Below, piece by piece: positions 58,501-64,000 of a stretch of DNA of 64,000 bases. How positions within the stretch are numbered: the stretch's first letter is position 1; every line of letters begins with the position of its first letter. Under the pieces are notes generated by a model that did no database searches, had not been told where the DNA came from, and saw nothing but the letters and a program-made list of their open reading frames with translations. The stretch comes from Phoronis australis (lineage: Eukaryota > Animalia > Phoronida), in NCBI GenBank assembly GCA_002633005.1, contig NMRA01000020.1, forward strand, positions 546,673 through 610,672. Reading direction: 5' to 3'. Made by a program: the position numbers and the translations under genes.

Positions 58501-61500
58501 CAAAAGGAAGTGAGGTCACAAAGTGACAGTGAGTGCAACTTATGGTGGCTTCATAGCTCGATGGCTTCTGAACTTACAGAGCATTACACTCATGGTGGCT
58601 TCATGGCTCTATTACCTTTTACTTACTTAATGTCAGCAAATTCTAAGCACATGGAAAGGACATAAACACCACAGAACAAACCTTAAAGCGTCACTATGTT
58701 TCACTTCCATATCCTCTAGGATGTCCCTGTGTTTCTCATCCAGCAGAATAAACTCCTTTAAGACCTGAGACTTAAGCTCATCGTCAGGACACTCTAGACA
58801 GAAGGCCTCCTCAGGAATACCTTCATCAACACGGCGTTCGTGTGGAGCCAGTATTGCACAAAGATCGGCTAGAAAAAGATTAAAGGCAGAGCTTCTATGC
58901 ATTAGTATTAGTAATAGTAGGAGTAGTAGTAGTAGCAGTGGTAGTTTGTTGATATAATGCCATATAAAATACAAATTAAAATCCCATTATCGAATTAGGG
59001 AAGGCCCCCTTAAGTATTTTACAGCCTGCTGAACTCAAGGCTACCCATATATTATACAAACTAAAAGTAATAAACAGATAAAAGAGACACTGCAGTAAAT
59101 ATGGCAGACAAATAAACAGACATGACATGAAATTTTCACTCATGAACAAAACTCTAATTAACAATAACACATTAAACAGCAACTAATATATTGTCATAGC
59201 TGGATGACTTAACTAAATTCTTACAAGGGTGTTTACTAGTATCAAAAAATGGCTACTAGGTGGCAAAGAATACGAATACACCAAATCCAAAATGGAAGGC
59301 TGCTGTCACCTTCATGTCAATGTAAATAACATGGGTCAAAGCCCTGTGAAATTTTATTGATGTTTGACGAAAACAAAATTTTGTCAACTACTGCATTATC
59401 GTTCACCCATGCACAAACCTGTTTGGAGCTCTCCCTCTAGTGATAACTGTTCATTATAGAGTCTTTGTGTGATCTGCTCTTGCTGGGCTTTGACTGATTC
59501 TATAGTGTGCAATATGTCTGTGTGTTCACTCGCCTCCTCTTTAGGACCATTCTGGTGTTCCATTACCCAATACTGAAGATCCTCCCTAAGCATAATACAA
59601 AGGTGACAAGTGGAATTGAAACACAGTTTAAGGTAAAATTTATAATGATACTCTTTAATTGCCAGAATCCCACATAGTGTTTGATTTTTCAAAATCCTGC
59701 TACCTTCTTTATTATAAATAATAAACATCTTAGAAAGTGTCACTGACTTATGACTTCTTTGATTATTTTAGTTGAGAAATACAACAAAATCAAATGCTAA
59801 TAGTATTGTGTGCTAAACAAAATATAATCATCATAATGTTTTAATCCATAGCATATTAAAGTTGATAAAGACAAAATTTCATCTATTTAGAACACAATAT
59901 GGCAAAATAACATCTTATTCTTTTCATCTCTTCTCATAAAAGATAAGAAACGTCAAATAAATGCTTGATAATTTTCAAAGTTCTGCCATAGCTAGTTTTG
60001 AGACATTGTGGGTGAACACACGACAGTTAGAGCCTTTAAGAAATGAAAAAAGACCAATGTTGGCATTTTCGCTGAAATTGGTGAAATGATGCCAGAAACA
60101 TTTCAGCATTTCATACCATCAATCAATTCTCATAGTTCAAAAGCCGTTTCAGTCATGAATGAAGCATGATGTCTGAAACAGCCAAAAGTGGACACGCTAG
60201 TACGAATGTTTCAGGTCAACAGCACAGGCATCATTCGATCACACAACCTTATCAATAAACTGTTTTCTTGCATACCTTAAAGTCCAAATAGGGTCCACAG
60301 TGTCTTTTTTAAACTGGGTGAAGTCATTAGCTAAGCTTGACTCATATTCTTGGAACATTTCATACAGTTCTGGTTCCGGAGCTTCAAAGTCAGTGTTCTG
60401 ACGTATATGTGCTTCTAACTCTACCTGTTGACGTCGCCTTAAACCATTGAGCCTGAAACAAAAAGAATAGCAAATATTACAATGACAATCTTATCCTTCT
60501 ACTATTACAGCGCACGAGTGGTGCATCAAAACCAAGAGTTCTAATTCTGCCCAGAAAAATCACGACTAATAGAAAATATATTGATCAGCAAGTGAGCCAG
60601 TGGCAGTCAGTTGGAATAATTTTGAGGCAAGCACAAGTAATAACAGGTGAAATCTTACAAATATCCCCAGCTAAGACATGGTCACGATTCTCAGATTTTG
60701 CCACTTCAGATAGATCTGAGCACAGCTACAAAAATGCACGTCCAACAGAACATCTATAAAATAGAAGACAGATCTCTGACGGCACCGTAACATGTTCTAA
60801 ACACAGATGATGTAGTGAAAATCTAAATTGCGAATTCTGTGCCCACACACCTCATAAACTCCTTCTGCCACACTTTTTTGTGCTGTTTCACTGTATTCTG
60901 TTCCTTGGTCTGCTTTGAGGCCTGTTCTATTTTCTTGACACGAACCAATGACTCGTTGGCTGCAAATTTTTTTTCAGCAGCGAGTGCTCTGAGCTTCTCA
61001 TAGTCCACTTCCTTATACATATTGCTTCTGATGCCATGTTGAACTCTGACCACAAGGTTCTTGGCTGTTTAAGGAAGGAAAATAAATTTGATTTGTTGTA
61101 AAATATGAACATCATATTATTCTGCTCCCAATAAAAACAATCAGAATCTCAGGTATAAAAATTCTTAGCTGTGCAAAAAAGCTTTGTGATTTATTCATAA
61201 ATTCTCAGTTATTCCTAAAAACATTCTAATAAAAGCATTCTTCTCATTGGGTTTTATGAAATATTACCAATTGAGATGTTTTGGCAAGAGTCACCAATTA
61301 CCACCCGATTACTGTGACATTTCTGAGAAAAAAGAACAATGCTAAGAGGGCCTCATAACAAAGGTCAAACATTCAACCCCATAAAACACATGTGTTAAAC
61401 CTCTTAGATGACCAAACTTAACATTAAAAAGTTTCATAAATTTAACAATCTTTTATGATAAATGGGCAATTGAAACTCGCATTGCGCACTCACATTGCTA

Positions 61501-61731
61501 CTGTCCACGAAAATGAAGATTAACAATGAAACATAGTAATCAAAGAATGCCGACCTCACATGTTCGCGTTCAAAGTGTAGCCAAACCTCAAAACTGTAAA
61601 TAAGAAGATATTTTAACAAAATACTGCTACCTTATTTTTCAAAACATTTCCATTCACTTACAGACATTATCAGCAGTACTAGTGCGGTCCCTGTGAGTAT
61701 TTACAAATAGTTTGTAGTCTCTTCCACTCAT
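49583..61731 (-). CDS. CCDC148: Coiled-coil domain-containing protein 148; 13 coding exons, about 602 aa
   Basis: Exons 61731-61680, 61064-60851, 60452-60276, 59585-59419, 58868-58682, 57201-57057, 56601-56395, 54537-54397, 54302-54184, 53483-53366, 53091-53041, 52314-52231, 49729-49583 (1809 nt, frame continuous). Recognised from YKEVDYEKLRAL..KEQNTVKQHKKVW, PIWTLREDL, LECPDDELK and the C-terminus DPRVKLESKLREAG..PPRRDMESTVFK. Confidence 0.88.
50117..50876. mobile_element. PIF/Harbinger-like MITE (spans the N at 50131)
   Basis: TIRs GGACTGTTCCAG (50117-) and CTGGAACAGCCC (-50876) with TTA on both flanks; a related right end CCCCCCATACAGA..TGGAACAGCCCT occurs at about 52062-52090. Confidence 0.5.
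55745..55862. repeat. 19-bp minisatellite, 6 copies
   Basis: CCAGAyrTACCTAGTGATC repeated six times. Confidence 0.95.
57614..58412. mobile_element. Penelope-like element remnants: two diverged 3'-end copies in inverted orientation in a CCDC148 intron
   Basis: The plus copy encodes KKRMYQHR..SSVVYNHLHEHNHEL..EILCREKNWFER..(EAIYI..QPSLN), the C-terminus of a PLE GIY-YIG endonuclease. The minus copy (57614 to about 58033) encodes CDQFYMGETEQPL, a YIGET-like motif. The two arms are reverse-complement similar. Confidence 0.8.
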
Positions 61732-64000
61732 TTCAGCACATCCCTCAACTCACCAGAGGTACACGTCTACATAGCCTAAAACAAAGAGTCAGCAAAATAA
61801 ACCTGTTGGCATACCATTTCGACGTAGAAGGTTTATTTACTTTCTTCAATTTAAAAACAGATGTGTGATTAACCTAACATTTTTCAGTGTTGGATTTTTG
61901 TCAGACCAAACAATTTTAACTTGATTGGTGAAGAAGCAATGTCGATTATGATTAGTAAGTACACACAGTGCTATTGACATCTTCTCTCTGTTCACACCTC
62001 CAGCTCAGCACCTGGCAGGTGGTATGCTACAGTCTTGCAATAAATACATAAAGTTGTTGTTCAACACTCAAAGTTTGACATACAGTAAAATCTTACCAAT
62101 TTAGGAAAGAATGACTACGTTTATTTTCTCCTTTTTCATATCAAATAAACAGAACCAACAATAGATTTGCCACATTCAGATTTTGCATGACATCAACCAT
62201 CACACAGAATTTTGAAAACCTCTGGGCACTCAAAACAATGTAAGAAGATCTTGAAAATTGACAATTGGCAATTATTATTGATGTCCGAAATTGGTGTGAT
62301 TTTACCATAATCTCCGATGACTCTGTTAACAAACATACCCCATCAGTCCCATGCAAAACCCATGTTGTTACAGAGGGTATTGTTGCATGTATTGTCACAG
62401 GAATTCATTTTTATGGTTGTTGGTATTGTGTCACCTGGCTAGATAGTTTTGATATTTAGTGCAGCAACAACCTTCTATCCATTACGTACAGGAGCAGGTA
62501 TAATCCTAGGATTTTAAAACTATGAGCCAATGGGACCCACCATAGCCAAAAACAAGTCATTTTACGAAAAATTTCACAACTACAATACAGTTCCAGAAGA
62601 TTTTTTGAAATGGCCTACAAATAACACTGCTCGTGACATGTGTTAAGCCAATGTCAAGATATCTTTTGGAAGACAAAGACAACTTTGCCAATTAAAGCAA
62701 AATTTCCTAAAGTATTTGGTTTGCTGGTTATAAAATATTACTTAGAACGCGTAACAAAATAAAACCAATTCCATACTGAACCTTGTGGAAGCGAGATTGA
62801 AGAATCGGCAAAAAAAGAAATTGGACAAAAACTGACACTGTATTTCGAACTGAACAGTTGTCATTAGCACTGTCCTGTAATCTATCTGCGTTACACAAGG
62901 GTGAAATTTTTGATGAGTAATATTAATTTGATGTCCTATTTTATTTGGCCATTTATTACCCACATAAACTGCTCCAAAACTGAATTATATTTAACTGACA
63001 TGTATAATTTAATATTACGCGACAAGTCAAAAGCCAGTTTTTGCTAATTACCCACAATCTTGTCAGTGATCTTATTGATCACTACATGATATCATAACCA
63101 TTTCAAGACACATTTTGCTGGCTATTTGTATGACCAAGGATCATAAGTGAGTACTGTTTCTTTTTACGATCATTAAAAATGTTCTATTTGAACTGTTGTC
63201 AGTGTCAAACTTGATTAGTGGTGCTTTTTAAAAATTGTTTTATTTTTGGAACCACGGCAACCACATCTCACTTTTGTACATGAATCTTACAAATACATAT
63301 TAATTGTCTTCTTAATTGAAATGACTTGAATTTTGATGAAAAGTGAAGTGATCATCTGAAGAACTGAAAGAATTTAAGCACGGGGACAGTGTATGATACA
63401 CTCATGGTGGTCAATGATGAGCACATCACCATCTCAAAGCAGTTTTAGGAGGACAAACTTTGTGGTGGGCACTGACCAGATAAAGTGGTCCCTGATTTAG
63501 AATTTAGAAACGAGTTTCTACCGTGATTGCCTGAGTCCCTAAATCAGAGACCATTATATTCGAAAAAGTTTCATAACGGGAGTATTTGTTCGAGTTGGAA
63601 GAACTTAAACACATCGACAACCTCCTAAGGTGTTCCTCTATGCGCAAAAGATATTTATAACAACGTGACTTTGATGGTTTAGTCGATGCGAGGCATAATT
63701 CGCCGAAAAGCTTCCGGCGTACAGAGCGCCTATAGCCTCTACACCACCTCTGGTTCGGGCCAACAGAGGCGATGGTCATTGCCTAACGCTACCAAAGACT
63801 TCTCGTGATCTCACAAACTAGTGAGCAGGGTATACCACATAATGCATGCTAGAAGTATGTTTCAAAAGATCGCTCCCATGGCGTCACCCACCATGACACC
63901 ACAGGCGACCTAACATCGTGCCTATGTTCTTAATCATAGACTATCCCAAGCCATGGGCTAGCCAAGGCATATGACATGGTGCCTGGTGGTGTAAACTAAT

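Noticed and set aside
63504-63779. 91-aa minus-strand ORF upstream of CCDC148
   Set aside because: No recognisable homology; the CpG-richer region is more likely the CCDC148 promoter or 5' UTR, and the coding start MSGRD is at 61731.

Overview
AT-rich, intron-containing animal genomic DNA, most likely a marine invertebrate; the taxon cannot be fixed from the sequence alone. I built five spliced protein-coding genes by hand, each with GT-AG introns and a continuous reading frame. These are two tandem cathepsin L-like cysteine proteases (minus, 10095-13614 and 16079-19421), lanosterol synthase LSS (minus, 23396-39035, 17 coding exons, about 736 aa), sterol 14-alpha-demethylase CYP51 (plus, 40051-48260, 11 exons, about 497 aa) and CCDC148 (minus, 49583-61731, 13 coding exons, about 602 aa). 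The standout feature is that LSS and CYP51, which catalyse consecutive steps of sterol synthesis, lie head-to-head. Their start codons are about 1 kb apart and under 460 bp separate the LSS non-coding exon from the CYP51 ATG; this gap carries CCAAT and SRE-like motifs, suggesting a two-gene sterol pathway cluster on a bidirectional promoter. The first 10 kb is repeat-rich: a TTAA-flanked, THAP-encoding Kolobok-like element, a hairpin-containing satellite, and long-range inverted repeats. Introns hold a LINE RT remnant, an inverted Penelope-like pair, MITEs and minisatellites. An 817-bp duplication around the N at 22000 is probably an assembly artefact.
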